NCBI GenBank assembly: GCA_039802605.1
Contig: JBDRWW010000001.1
Coordinates: 256,001 to 320,000, forward strand
Source of the DNA: a candidate division WOR-3 bacterium
GTDB taxonomy: Bacteria; Hydrothermota; Hydrothermia; LBFQ01
Reading direction: 5' to 3'
DNA: 64,000 bases
A program made the position numbers and the translations under genes. How positions within the stretch are numbered: the stretch's first letter is position 1; each line of letters begins with the position of its first letter. A model generated the notes under the pieces. It was not told the origin of the DNA. It saw only the letters and a program-made list of their open reading frames with translations, and did not search any database. Of this stretch, positions 7,078 through 18,134 are shown one piece after another.

Positions 7078-9579
7078 TTATACAAGACTGTGATCGTTAA
7101 ATAACGATTTAACCCTATCCGTATGGTATTTTATTAGGTTCTCAACCTCAACGGGTGGTTCCCCGAATATATCCCGCATTTCGTTTAATATTTCCATAAT
7201 TTCGCCTTCACTTTCCGCCTCCGCGAGTTTAATGTAATATTCAACCCTTTTATCCGTACTTCTTATGTAATCCTCCGGTATATAGGCATCCTCCGCATCA
7301 ATGTCGTATTCGAATCGGAAACCCAAAGCCCTCTTTATGAGTTTTATGTAAAGTTTAAAACCGAGCTTTTTTACATTACCGTGTTGTTTTATCCCCAAGA
7401 GCTCCCCCATACCCCTTATTTCAAGGTCTTTTAAGGCGAGTTTATAGCCATCCCCCAAGGAGGAATACATTAAAATGTATTCAAGCCTCCTCTTTGCATT
7501 ATGGTTTTTTACATTTCTGTAAAGCAAAAAGGCATAAGCCTGCTTATCCCATCTCCCTATCCTTCCCCTCAATTGGTGTAATTGAGATATTCCGAGCATT
7601 TCAGGGGAATCTATTATTAATGTGTTTGCATTCCTGAAATCCAAACCCGCCTCTATTATTGCGGTTGAAACCAAAACCTTGATTTTGTTTTCGGAAAAGT
7701 AGTCCATAATCCTTTTAATATCCGTCTTTTTCATCCTCCCGTGAAGCATCTCCATCGGAACACCCGGAAGTATTGCCCTTAACCTCTCAAAAATATCCTT
7801 TAAACCCTCTATACGGTTATACACATAAAACACCTGCCCATCCCTTTCCAATTCTCTTTCTATCGCATTTTTAACCCTTTCTTCACTCCAAGGTTCGACA
7901 TATGTTTCTATCGGTAATCTCCCGGGTGGGGGTGTTCTTATATGGGATATGCTAATCAAACCTTCAAGCCCCATCCCCAATGTTCTGGGTATAGGTGTTG
8001 CGGAAAGGTATAGGTAATCAACCTTTGGATTTAATTTTTTAAACTTTTCCTTTTGTAATACCCCAAAATGCTGTTCCTCATCAACCACAACCAAACCCAG
8101 GTTATTAATTCTTTGATTTAAAAGGGCATGCGTGCCTACAAACAAGCCGTAATCTCCAAACTCTTTTTTTAACCTTGAAACCATATAAACGGGTATACCA
8201 AACATTTCAAACCTATCCTTAAAGTTTTTGTAATGTTGGTATGCCAAGAGAGTACTCGGACACAGCCAAACAACGCTCTTTCCATGTGATAGAACCCTAA
8301 AAGCCGCCCTCAAAGCGACTTCCGTTTTGCCAAAAGATACCTCCCCAACTATTAATCTGTCCATAACATAGGGGCCTTCAAGGTCGCTTAAAACATCGTT
8401 TATAGCCTTTATCTGATCTTCCGTTTCCGTATAAGGAAATGTGGCCCAAAACTCCTTTTCGTTATCAATGGGTGGATATGAAAAACCCCTTGGGGTTTTC
8501 CTCTCAAATATTAAATTAACTATTTCTCGGGCTATTTCGCTTATTTCAGCCAAAGCCCTCTTCTTCTCCGAATTCCATGTTCCGGAGTATATTGAAGAGA
8601 TCTCGGGTTCGTATCCCTCAGGGCCTATATATTTACTAACTTTGTGCGATTTATAAACGGGAACATATACCTTTCCATCCTTATATTGGATTGACATCAT
8701 CTCCAAACCGTTCCTTTTCTCCAAACCAACAAAAACCCCTATCCCGTAATCCTCGTGGACTATATAATCACCCAATTGTAGGTATCTTGGGGTTTTTATT
8801 GGCACCTTTGAAATCTTAATCTTTGAGGTCGTTGGTTCCGCCCCGAGTATTTCCCACTCACCCAAGTAAAGGACCTTATCCTCAAAATCCGAAAACCCCT
8901 CGTATATATTCCCGTTTTTTGCATCGACCCTTAAACCCTCAAATAGGGCGATCCTAATAGGATTTCCAAAGAATAAAACTTTATATCCCTTTTCGTATAA
9001 TTCCCACGCGTAATCAACGGCTTTTCTGAAATCCCCCAGGAAGGGCGGATTTGGGCTTATCCTCTTTGGAGGTATTGAAATTTCTTCCGGATATTCTCCA
9101 CCTTTATCGGGAATTATCAAGAAACCCCCGTTATGTTTTGATATGCTAACCTGGGTATAGGGTGAAAACTCCCTTATATCGTAAATTACATCGCCATCAA
9201 GTTCCACCCTCAAAGAGGTGTTTTCAAATACCAAATCCAAAATCCCACCCCTTATGGCAAATTGTCCTAACATTTCCGCAAAATCCACCCTTTCCCAACC
9301 GTTTAAAATTAAAACGTTAACGATTTCCCCGAGTTTTAACCTTTCACCCACTTTTAACGGAATCCTCGTTATTTTTAAGCGTTTTCCGAGAATTATTGCC
9401 CTTTCATCATAGAAAAAAAACGAAACCCTATCGGATAAGCCCGCGGAGATTCCAAAACTTTGAAGTTCCCTTAAAACCTTTAAGTTATCCCCCCCGAAAT
9501 CCGCACAGAAAACCCCCCTTTTATTCCTCAAAACCTCAGAAATCCTTAGTGTTATATACCCGCTCGGATATTTCTGCAT
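7078..9579 (-). CDS. mfd: Transcription-repair coupling factor (short form)
   Basis: RGGILD UvrA-binding module, GDYIVHEDYGIG RID domain, GKTEVA, DEEQHFG, SATPIPRT, QLRGRIGR, DLEIRG and TRCF tail. Confidence 0.88.
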   Translation of the reverse strand: MQKYPSGYITLRISEVLRNKRGVFCADFGGDNLKVLRELQSFGISAGLSDRVSFFFYDERAIILGKRLKITRIPLKVGERLKLGEIVNVLILNGWERVDFAEMLGQFAIRGGILDLVFENTSLRVELDGDVIYDIREFSPYTQVSISKHNGGFLIIPDKGGEYPEEISIPPKRISPNPPFLGDFRKAVDYAWELYEKGYKVLFFGNPIRIALFEGLRVDAKNGNIYEGFSDFEDKVLYLGEWEILGAEPTTSKIKISKVPIKTPRYLQLGDYIVHEDYGIGVFVGLEKRNGLEMMSIQYKDGKVYVPVYKSHKVSKYIGPEGYEPEISSIYSGTWNSEKKRALAEISEIAREIVNLIFERKTPRGFSYPPIDNEKEFWATFPYTETEDQIKAINDVLSDLEGPYVMDRLIVGEVSFGKTEVALRAAFRVLSHGKSVVWLCPSTLLAYQHYKNFKDRFEMFGIPVYMVSRLKKEFGDYGLFVGTHALLNQRINNLGLVVVDEEQHFGVLQKEKFKKLNPKVDYLYLSATPIPRTLGMGLEGLISISHIRTPPPGRLPIETYVEPWSEERVKNAIERELERDGQVFYVYNRIEGLKDIFERLRAILPGVPMEMLHGRMKKTDIKRIMDYFSENKIKVLVSTAIIEAGLDFRNANTLIIDSPEMLGISQLHQLRGRIGRWDKQAYAFLLYRNVKNHNAKRRLEYILMYSSLGDGYKLALKDLEIRGMGELLGIKQHGNVKKLGFKLYIKLIKRALGFRFEYDIDAEDAYIPEDYIRSTDKRVEYYIKLAEAESEGEIMEILNEMRDIFGEPPVEVENLIKYHTDRVKSLFNDHSLV

Positions 9580-10745
9580 ACCAGGTTTTCAATAAAGGCA
9601 AAGAGTTGATAAAGCCTTGTCTTCTCCTTTAATATTAAAACCAAAGAGATTGCCATATAAACCCAAGCGAGGATAAAGCGAATTGACGGAACCGGTATTG
9701 CGAACTGGATAAAAAACAAAGTAAATAGCCAAAATGCTTCCCAAAGGGATAACCTTAAGTTCAAAAGGAGTATTGTACCAAAAAGGGATTGCGCTGCGGT
9801 TAGGAATATTTCCTCCCTTTGAATGTAATCCAAGGGCATCCCCGATAAACCACCCAATCCCAAGGAATACGCAAGTGGAAGCATGCCTATTAAAAGCGAC
9901 CACTGATTTACCTTACTTGAAATTAGGGCACCCATCGCCACGGATGCCTTTCCCTTTAAGGCAAGCATTATGGCAACAACCAATTCCGCAAATTCCGAAG
10001 CAATTGGTGCAACCCACTGTATTAGTAAAAACTCGCTTATACCGAGCATTTTACCCGTTTCCAAAAGGCCGTGTACAAATGGTTTAACGGATAAGAAAAT
10101 AAAGACACCCGCAAGGGCAAACAAAAGAACCACTATTGGTATCCTAAACCTCTTGCGTAAGGATACTATGACCTTGGCGGCGCCTTCAAACTCCTCCTCC
10201 CTCTCACTTGATTTCGCGGAAACATAAGCGTAAAACAGGAAAAGCGAAATTAAAACTATGCTATCAATTATGTCAATTGAACCGGTTATTGGGATTTTAA
10301 AGGAATAAAGCGTTGCCAAGAACAAAAATGCTATTTCCAACCTTATACCCCTCTTAAACAAAACCGACTTACCCAATATATCACCCCCCTTTGAAAAGAA
10401 TACCGCAACTACTACCACAACTGGCCAGAAAAGACCCAAGAGCATGCGGTTGGCACCCGTCATGTTTGCGGCGGCATAATGGATAAACTGTGGGTCCTGG
10501 CCGCCCTTATATGCCAAGTATATATCAACGGCGTACTCGGGCAAAACCGCCAACAATGCCAAAACTATCGTGGCAAAAGACCTTGAAACATCTTTCTGGG
10601 CGGCCTCAACCGCCACGGATAGGATATAACCCGCGGACATTATTGCAAAGCCACCTATCAGGGATAATAATATTGGATTTTGGATAAACTTTACGGCAAA
10701 ACTGCAAACAAGGCCTACAATTATTGATAAATACAAAGCTTTCAT
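9552..10745 (-). CDS. Sodium/calcium exchanger (CaCA) family antiporter
   Basis: AVLPEYAVD...AANMTGAN and PIASEFAE...ISSKVNQ alpha-repeats; many TM helices. Confidence 0.85.
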   Translation of the reverse strand: MKALYLSIIVGLVCSFAVKFIQNPILLSLIGGFAIMSAGYILSVAVEAAQKDVSRSFATIVLALLAVLPEYAVDIYLAYKGGQDPQFIHYAAANMTGANRMLLGLFWPVVVVVAVFFSKGGDILGKSVLFKRGIRLEIAFLFLATLYSFKIPITGSIDIIDSIVLISLFLFYAYVSAKSSEREEEFEGAAKVIVSLRKRFRIPIVVLLFALAGVFIFLSVKPFVHGLLETGKMLGISEFLLIQWVAPIASEFAELVVAIMLALKGKASVAMGALISSKVNQWSLLIGMLPLAYSLGLGGLSGMPLDYIQREEIFLTAAQSLFGTILLLNLRLSLWEAFWLFTLFFIQFAIPVPSIRFILAWVYMAISLVLILKEKTRLYQLFAFIENLVCRNIRAGI

Positions 10746-12124
10746 TCGTGCCTCGCTTCTAGTATTTCTATGTTCAAAAACCCTATTACCGACATTATCG
10801 TCGCCTGCTTTTCCAAACTCCCCTGTTGTAAGGTTATCCTATAAGGTCTTGCGGGAAATTCCCCATAAACGGGGTCTATCGGAACCCATTGGCCACCTAT
10901 CCAAGAAGCATTCCAAGCGTGATAATAAAAACCATCACCCTGATATATCAAACCCACCATTATTTCGGTTGGTATTCCCGCAGCCCTCGCCAAGGCGGCG
11001 TAAAGGGTTGCATGTTCGTTGCAGTCCCCATACCTTTCCCTTAAAACCTGCTTAGCGGTTGGAATCGTTATAGAACCCCTCTTTTCAAGGTTGTTATACA
11101 CCCACTCAAATATCCTTTTTGCCTTTTCAAGATCCGTTTTAGCACCCTTTGTTATTTCCTTTGCGAGGCTTTGTATTTCCGGGTCATTAACCTCTAAGAA
11201 TTGGGTGGGTTCTAAGTAGTGGGAAAGTTGGGTTGGTGGTGGAGATGTTGAGCCCCTTAACTCTTTGGGATATTCAACATTTACCAAGGCCGTATCCCCC
11301 CTAGCCTCTGCAACCCTTTGATTGGCAAAGTTCGGGTTTAGATCCCCCCTAATGGGATAAATCTTTACTTTTAAGAATGTTAGGGTTTTAACATCACCTA
11401 TGTTTCCCTTCGGCCTAACCGCGTAAAGGGATAGTACATTAAACGGTTCAACGGGCGCTTTTGCTTCCTCCTCCGGTTGGGCTACGATATCCATTTTAAG
11501 GGGTTGGTTTTGCAACAGGAGTTTCCCATCCCTCACATGCGCCCTGACCAATATACCCTTTGCGTTAAGGATCCATAGGGTATCGCCTTCTTTTTCAACA
11601 TCCGACTCCATAAAGGCGGCAACGGAAGGGTCAAAGTAATGATATTTACCCTCTTTTAACAAACCTTTTGCCGCAGCAAATACAAATGTTTGGGGGGTCA
11701 AAACCGGTTTATGGGCGTTATACACAAAGGATTGGGGGGAACCGGTTGGGGGCTTGTATTCAACAACAAATTTACCGTTTTCAATTCTACCCTCCGCCGT
11801 TATATTCTGGTCTTGGGTTGATAAAACAAAGTTTAAGACTCTTACTCCACCGTTTTCGTTCAAATCCGCATTAATCTTTGTGGTCATTTCCTTAACCAAA
11901 CCCAACATCAAAACCTTTATATACATCTCCTCGTTGAAATCGTACCCATTGGATGTTTTATAAACCTTTATCTCCTCCCACCCAGCTCTATTGCCCATCA
12001 TATAAACGCTTCCAATAAAGTGAAAATCGTAATTTTTTGCCTTTTCGGAAACCCTTTCCCCTTTATCGGCATTACCACCAAAACAGGCTATCAGTAAAAA
12101 AGTTAATAAAAAAATCCTTCTCAT
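10742..12124 (-). CDS. Transglutaminase-like lipoprotein
   Basis: Lipoprotein signal MRRIFLLTFLLIAC; catalytic GDCNEHA / HAW / IDP triad. Confidence 0.85.
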   Translation of the reverse strand: MRRIFLLTFLLIACFGGNADKGERVSEKAKNYDFHFIGSVYMMGNRAGWEEIKVYKTSNGYDFNEEMYIKVLMLGLVKEMTTKINADLNENGGVRVLNFVLSTQDQNITAEGRIENGKFVVEYKPPTGSPQSFVYNAHKPVLTPQTFVFAAAKGLLKEGKYHYFDPSVAAFMESDVEKEGDTLWILNAKGILVRAHVRDGKLLLQNQPLKMDIVAQPEEEAKAPVEPFNVLSLYAVRPKGNIGDVKTLTFLKVKIYPIRGDLNPNFANQRVAEARGDTALVNVEYPKELRGSTSPPPTQLSHYLEPTQFLEVNDPEIQSLAKEITKGAKTDLEKAKRIFEWVYNNLEKRGSITIPTAKQVLRERYGDCNEHATLYAALARAAGIPTEIMVGLIYQGDGFYYHAWNASWIGGQWVPIDPVYGEFPARPYRITLQQGSLEKQATIMSVIGFLNIEILEARHE

Positions 12125-12146
12125 TAAGCCGTTATTCTAAGGTTGT

Positions 12147-13298
12147 TTAATATATTACTGCACTTGCAAAACTCACGGCGGAATTCGTATCCTCCTCGTA
12201 TGAAATCTTATAGGATAAAACCTTTCCCCTTCCAACCCCTCCGAAATATTCCAACAAGGCATATATTGCAGGAACTGCGTCTATGCGTGTTGGGTTTTGG
12301 TATAACTTAACCCAAGATATTAGGGTTTCCGGGTTTAAACTTTCAAGTATTTCCAAAAACAGTTTATCGTAATATTTTAAGGCTTCGTTATCCAAAAACT
12401 CATCCCCAAACCTCCCACCCATATGGCTCATATCAACACTCGCCACAATGAGGGCGTTTTTACCAATTAATACTTCCCTTAAAGCGTTGATAAATTCCTC
12501 TATCATCCGGAAATCCCCAATATCCTCACCCGAAAATATAAAAGGCAGAACTTTAATGTCTTTTTCGGGGAAAAGCGCCTTTATGAAAACTATGGGGAAT
12601 TCAACGGAGTGTTCCCCCTTAAACGCCAAGGGGTCGGAAAATAGGTCAAATTTAAGGCTTGAATTCAATTTTTCTAAGGTTTTTAGATCTGTTTCAACAA
12701 CACCCAAAGGGGTTTCAAAGTGCATGGGTAATGCGTTTATGGGGTTTGATATATAACTATGTGCTATTCCGAATATTACAAATGTATCCGCATCGCTCCT
12801 ATAAATCGCCCTCAAACCCTCAACATAAACATCCCAGCCTCTCCTCGGGTCTATATGGGGGATTACCACGCCTTTGGGTTTAACCAAAAGGAGGTTTTCC
12901 AACCTCTTTGCGGGTAGAACCATCTCCAAAAGTTCTGTGGAATTTTCCGGATATGCATCCCCCGCAAATACCATAGGCCTAACCTTCAAGTTTATAAATT
13001 CCGAGGACAGTTCTCTATATTTCCTTTGAAAGTTTTCGTTATCCAGAAGGAACCAATCGTTTAACCTATTTACAAAGTTTAAAACCTCAACTGGGCTTAT
13101 ATCGTATCCCGTTATACCCCTGAATTCTTCTGCTATTTCGTTTATAGTCCTGTTCCCATCCATCAAACTTAAAAGTAAAACTGCACCGGATGAAAGCACT
13201 ACGGGTTGGGGTGTAATACCCAAAGGGTCTATCAAAACAACCCCTTCATCAACCATGCTAACCTGTAAAGGCCTTAACCTCGGCTTAGTGCCCTCCAC
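12147..13298 (-). CDS. MEMO1 family (AmmeMemoRadiSam protein B) with N-terminal PqqD-like extension
   Basis: AGDAYP, PHID, ETPLG, EHSVEF, ASVDMSH and VSFAS motifs; N-terminal LMDGNRTINEI. Confidence 0.85.
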   Translation of the reverse strand: MEGTKPRLRPLQVSMVDEGVVLIDPLGITPQPVVLSSGAVLLLSLMDGNRTINEIAEEFRGITGYDISPVEVLNFVNRLNDWFLLDNENFQRKYRELSSEFINLKVRPMVFAGDAYPENSTELLEMVLPAKRLENLLLVKPKGVVIPHIDPRRGWDVYVEGLRAIYRSDADTFVIFGIAHSYISNPINALPMHFETPLGVVETDLKTLEKLNSSLKFDLFSDPLAFKGEHSVEFPIVFIKALFPEKDIKVLPFIFSGEDIGDFRMIEEFINALREVLIGKNALIVASVDMSHMGGRFGDEFLDNEALKYYDKLFLEILESLNPETLISWVKLYQNPTRIDAVPAIYALLEYFGGVGRGKVLSYKISYEEDTNSAVSFASAVIY

Positions 13299-13312
13299 AA
13301 GTGTGAATTATA
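13293..13312. repeat. Direct repeat copy 1 flanking the type IIG-like RM gene
   Basis: CTCCACAAGTGTGAATTATA, 18/20 identical to 16355-16374; on the minus strand it reads TATAAT box + GTG GAG start. Confidence 0.7.
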
Positions 13313-16300
13313 GAGTTGAAGGTTCTATTTGTGGATACACCTCATCAATGAGTTTTTGGATTTCTATCGTTTGGGCTATGGCTTTTACGATGTTAATATA
13401 CCTAATTGGGTTTTCCAACCGCCTTCCTTTCCTATCTTTTAGATATTTTTGCAAAACTTGATAACCCCCGATCATATATTCCCACATTTCCGTTGTAATC
13501 CCAACAAAATATTTGTTTTTGTTTATAAAAACCCTACCACTTTCGGGGTCATACTTTACAAATTCCACCATATCATCGCCATGGCCTTCGTATTTAATTT
13601 TCGGTTCATCCGGAATTTTACGCAACAGGTGTAAATCTATAAGTTCTTTACCCAATTCGGCCATTTCCTTGAAAATCTCAGCCTCTTTTGTAAATGGGAT
13701 TCGTGGAAAATCTATTTTTAACTCGTTTGTAAAATTCTGGCGATATGTTGGGCTGTATAAAACCGCATATATGTATGCCAAAATATCTTCGGGTTCTGGG
13801 GTAAAACCGTAGGCTTCTTTGAGTTTTTCAAACAACCAATCGGCTATGTTGGGTTTTTTATCTTTGGAAACAAGGTCGGAGGGGTAAAGGTAGAGGGGAA
13901 AGAGGTAAGTTATGGATACGGCATCTGTAATCGCATGGGCATCAACGATATTGGTGGTAATAAAGGCGGGTGGAATACCTTCACGAGTGGCTTGACGAGA
14001 ACCACATAACCCCACATTCTCCCCTGCCAACATATGGCGCATTACTTTATATCTGGGTCTCCAAATGAAACCGCTATCTCTCCCGGTATAGTATGTATAA
14101 CGAACATCAAAGGGTCTATATAAAACGGGGACGATTTTATCCCTATGGGGTCCTCCGTTATACTTTAAATCTTCCTGTGCCAAAGAAACCTTCCAACCCT
14201 TTTTATCGGATCCAAGCCCATAAAATCGGCGTGCGTCTTCTTCATTCATACGGACAAAGTTTATAACAGTTGCCCACACTTCCTCGGGGGTGTAATGTAT
14301 AGTCAACTTATCCCGGGCGGTCACTATTCCCGTGCTGCTTACCGGAAAAATTTCCGAAATTGAGGGCCAAGTTTGGTAATCCCGATTTGGTGAGTACGGA
14401 ACAAAAAAGTAAAAGGGTTTAACGGGTTTTATCGGTTTATATCCAGCATTGGTTATGTCATGGGTTTCAAGCCATTTATACTTTTCCTCACGGCTTCCGT
14501 AAAGGTCTAAATGATATATTCCCCTTAACTCCTTTTTCCCGTGTTTTACGAAAATCCCAATTGCAACGCCTTGTCGTATATCAAAAATGTTTTCGTCCGG
14601 TAAGCCTTCCGGTGTGGTTTCCCGCTTTAAACTGTTCCCGTGCAGATCAAGGATGTATATTTCATCAAAAGTTTTAAGCAAGCTCTGGCGCATTCCCCTA
14701 AATGTCGGGTTATCAATATAACTGTGGTTTGTAATCATCGCCACTATACCCTTCCCCGTTTTGTTTATCTTCCATTGTGCGAACCGTAAGAATTTAACAT
14801 AATCGTCTTGTAGCCACACTTTCTTTTCACCTAAGGGTTTTCCATCTACCTTGTAATAACTTTGAACGCCATCTATATCGGTTTTAAGCAACCTTTCCGT
14901 CCATTCGTTTATATTCTCGGAAATTCCGGAGTATGGGGGATTTCCCATAATAACCAAAATGGGTTCATTCTTTTTAATCCTCGCGGCTTTATGGCTTTCT
15001 TCACTTAGCGATGCCAATCCCGGAAAACGGCTTTCCGGTAATTCTTCCATTTCCAAGGTGTTTGTTAAATAGAGTTGGAAACGCTCACCCTCTTTAAGGG
15101 GTATTCCAAGGGATTCCAAAAGGAAACCTATTTTCATATGCCCTATTGCATAAGGGGCCATAAGTAATTCAAAAGCGTAATAGTTTTGAAGTATATGCCT
15201 TTTTAACTTTTCCTTAACCCCCTCACCGTATTTTTCTGTAAATTCTTTAAAAGCCAACCTTATGGCTTCCGCCACAAATGTCATAGTTCCGGCGGCCGGG
15301 TCTAAAAGTTTAACCCTTTCATCCGCCAAACCCTCCGATAAACCAAATCTATCTTTTAGCAAGATATTTACCGAACGGACTATATAACTTACAACGGGTT
15401 GAGGTGTGTAATAAACACCGCGACGCTCCCGAGTTTCGGGGTCGTATTCCGCAAGAAAGGTTTCGTAAAAGTGTATTATCGGTTCATCTCCCTTTCCCGA
15501 CTCCTGATACTGCTTCATAATAGCCCTAACATCCACAGCGTTTAACAATGCCGCTATATCATCAACCATAACTTCCATCTGTTGGGAAACTTGCCCAAGG
15601 GAAATATAATGCCAATGGTTGAGGGTATAAGGGCATAGGCAATTTTCCTGTTAAAGTTGTTTTCCGTCCTTGTGCGTGCGCTGAAAAGTCCGTATGCAAT
15701 GGTCTGGGCATAAAGGTCTGCAAATTGTTCCTCTGTTAAACTCGGCAACAGGTACTCCTTAAAAGCCTCATAAAAACCGTAAATATCGCTTTTTCCGTCT
15801 TTAAGTTCGGGAAGGATTACCTCATCCCTTAAAAAACGGGTTTTGTGTGCCAATTCTCGGGCTAGCGCTTCGGCCGTGGATATAGGGGGTATGGCAAAAT
15901 CCAAAAAGTTGTGGAAAAGTCTTTTTAATCCCTCCACACCTTCGGCCGGAGGTTTAACTTTGATTTTTTGGGGTATGAATGGACGGGCAAGGAGTACCCT
16001 TTGGATTTCCTGACCGTTTCGGTAAAGCCTAAATTCGTAAAAATCCGTTAAAATCAGGTTTGGGAATGTATTTAAATACCTTTTTAGTTGCTCGGTGGTT
16101 ATAACATTATCAAGGTTTATCCCGGGAGTCTTGGCCTCAATATACCCTGTAACATTATGGGAACTATCCCAAACCCTAAAATCCGGATTCCCCGCCTCCG
16201 TTTTCTTTGGAAGTATGGTTATATGAACATTTTTACCGTAAAACCTTGCAACCTCTTCAACCAATTCCTTCAATACCGGGTAATAACTCTCCTCACGGGC

Positions 16301-16360
16301 ATCGCCCCTTTTTGTAATATCCGATATGCCATCAAGATACCTTTTTATAAACCTCTCCAC
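13308..16360 (-). pseudogene. Fused restriction-modification enzyme (type IIG / ISP-like N6-adenine methyltransferase with N-terminal PD-ExK nuclease), split by a frameshift near 15600
   Basis: ORF 15554-16360 has GNPDFRV..GYIEAK; ORF 13308-15578 has GVYYTP, LDPAAGT, GNPPY and a C-terminal YRPFD...FPRIPF...IGGYQVL specificity domain; the second frame reads YISLGQVSQQMEV across the junction. Confidence 0.8.
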
Positions 16361-16374
16361 GAATGTGAATTATA
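16355..16374. repeat. Direct repeat copy 2 flanking the type IIG-like RM gene
   Basis: CTCCACGAATGTGAATTATA; contains the RM gene's GTG start and its TATAAT box. Confidence 0.7.
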
Positions 16375-16425
16375 TTTGCGGAAGATTTTTAAAAGAGAAA
16401 TCAAACACGCATAAAATACCCTTCT

Positions 16426-17646
16426 ATGGCATACATTTATAAAGCGGGCGTAGTAGGCGGAGGCACCATGGGTTCCGGAATTGCTTATGTAATATCTTAC
16501 TCCGGGATACCCGTGGTATTAAAGGAGATAGATAAGGAGAGGGCACAAAAGGCATATGAAACCATAAAATCCCTTTATGAAGGCAGGGTTAAAAAGGGAA
16601 AGATTACGGAAGAAGAGGCCGAAAGGAGACTCGCATTGGTTGAGGTGACGGATTCTTACGAACCCTTTTCGGATGTTGATATTGTTATAGAGGCCGTTTT
16701 TGAAGATCTTGATGTGAAAATAAAGGTTTTCCAGGAGTTGGAAAACTATGTTCCGGAACATACGATCCTTGCAACCAACACCTCCGCCTTATCAATAACC
16801 GCAATGGCAGCCGCGACAAAGAGACCCGATAAGGTTATAGGTATGCACTTTTTCTTCCCAGCCCCCGTTATGAAACTCGTGGAGGTTATACCGGCATTGC
16901 AGACCTCGGAGGAAACCGTGCAAACCGTAATAGAGTTTTCGGAATCCTTATCAAAACTACCGATTAGGGTTGAGGAATGTCCCGGCTTTTTGGTGAATAG
17001 GATTTTGATGGCCTATATGAACGAGGCGGCCTGGGCTTTACTCGAAGGCGAGGCTACGGCCGAAGAGATAGATGCCGCCGCAAGGGAATTCGGTTGGCCA
17101 ATGGGTCCCTTTACACTCATAGATGAGTTAGGTGTTGATGTGGGCGTAAAGGTTGCGCATATACTTTATGAGGGTTATGGTGAGAGGATGAGACCCGCAC
17201 CCATTTTGGACGAGATAATAAAGGAGGGGAGGTTTGGGAAAAAGGCGGGTGCGGGTGTATATGATTACGGAAAGGGTGTAAGGCCCATAGAGGAGATTGC
17301 CGAAAAGTTGAGGAAAGAACTCGGAATACAAAGGAGGGAAGGGTTTGATTACAATAGGCTTATGATAGCAATGATAAACGAGGCCATACTAACATTGCAG
17401 GAAAGGGTTGCATCTCCAAGGGATATAGATCTCGGTATGCTTGCGGGTACTGGCTTCCCACAGGCAAGGGGAGGTGGTCCATTAATGTACGCGGATATTA
17501 TCGGCCTTGATGAGGTTTTGAAAATGAGTTTGGAATACGAGAAGAAGTACGGTTGGAGGTTTCACCCATCTTACCTTTTGAAGAAATACATAGACGCGGG
17601 GTGGCTTGGCAAAAAGAGCGGTAAGGGCTTCTTTGAGCATGTATGA
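16426..17646 (+). CDS. 3-hydroxyacyl-CoA dehydrogenase with duplicated C-terminal domain
   Basis: GGGTMGSG, IEAVFE, ATNTSAL, GMHFF, PGFLVNR, PMGPF and two GKKxGxG motifs. Confidence 0.93.
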   Translation: MAYIYKAGVVGGGTMGSGIAYVISYSGIPVVLKEIDKERAQKAYETIKSLYEGRVKKGKITEEEAERRLALVEVTDSYEPFSDVDIVIEAVFEDLDVKIKVFQELENYVPEHTILATNTSALSITAMAAATKRPDKVIGMHFFFPAPVMKLVEVIPALQTSEETVQTVIEFSESLSKLPIRVEECPGFLVNRILMAYMNEAAWALLEGEATAEEIDAAAREFGWPMGPFTLIDELGVDVGVKVAHILYEGYGERMRPAPILDEIIKEGRFGKKAGAGVYDYGKGVRPIEEIAEKLRKELGIQRREGFDYNRLMIAMINEAILTLQERVASPRDIDLGMLAGTGFPQARGGGPLMYADIIGLDEVLKMSLEYEKKYGWRFHPSYLLKKYIDAGWLGKKSGKGFFEHV

Positions 17647-18134
17647 AATTGGCAATATTGGAAATACTCTACGAGGATGAGGTTATAGGATTTTCGAAGA
17701 GCAGAGGGGATTTTTACATAAGGGATGAAAGGTTTAAAGTAAAGGACAAATCGCCATTTTTCGCAGCCGAAGGGGTTAATGTGGTCTTGGGATTTGGTCC
17801 GGAAAGGGGGGAAAACCTTTTGAGGGAGTTTTTGGCCTTGGGTGCCGAAAGGGCCGTATATCTACCCATCCCATTTTACGGCGTCAAAAACTTTGACCTA
17901 TATCCCGTTTGCGATTACATAATAAAGAACTTTCCCGATTACGAGATATTTACATCAAACTGGGAAGTCTTTTACAGGTGTAAGGGCTTAAAGATAAACC
18001 TCGTTAAGGAGAACATACCGGGAAGGCTTCCAACGGCATTGGAAATAGTAAAGGGTAGGAAGAAACCTTTACAGATTCCCGAGGATTTTGTATATTCCAC
18101 CCCCTTCAGGTTCATAAGCGGGGAAGAGATATAA
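17643..18134 (+). CDS. Small degenerate ETF beta-subunit-like protein
   Basis: FGPE..LREFLALGAERAVYL and GRLPTALEIVKGRKKPL resemble EtfB segments; only 163 aa. Confidence 0.5.
   Translation: MKLAILEILYEDEVIGFSKSRGDFYIRDERFKVKDKSPFFAAEGVNVVLGFGPERGENLLREFLALGAERAVYLPIPFYGVKNFDLYPVCDYIIKNFPDYEIFTSNWEVFYRCKGLKINLVKENIPGRLPTALEIVKGRKKPLQIPEDFVYSTPFRFISGEEI

Noticed and set aside
15554..15625. Phase variation or programmed frameshift in the type IIG-like RM gene
   Set aside because: No homopolymer, SSR or recognisable slippery heptamer at the junction.
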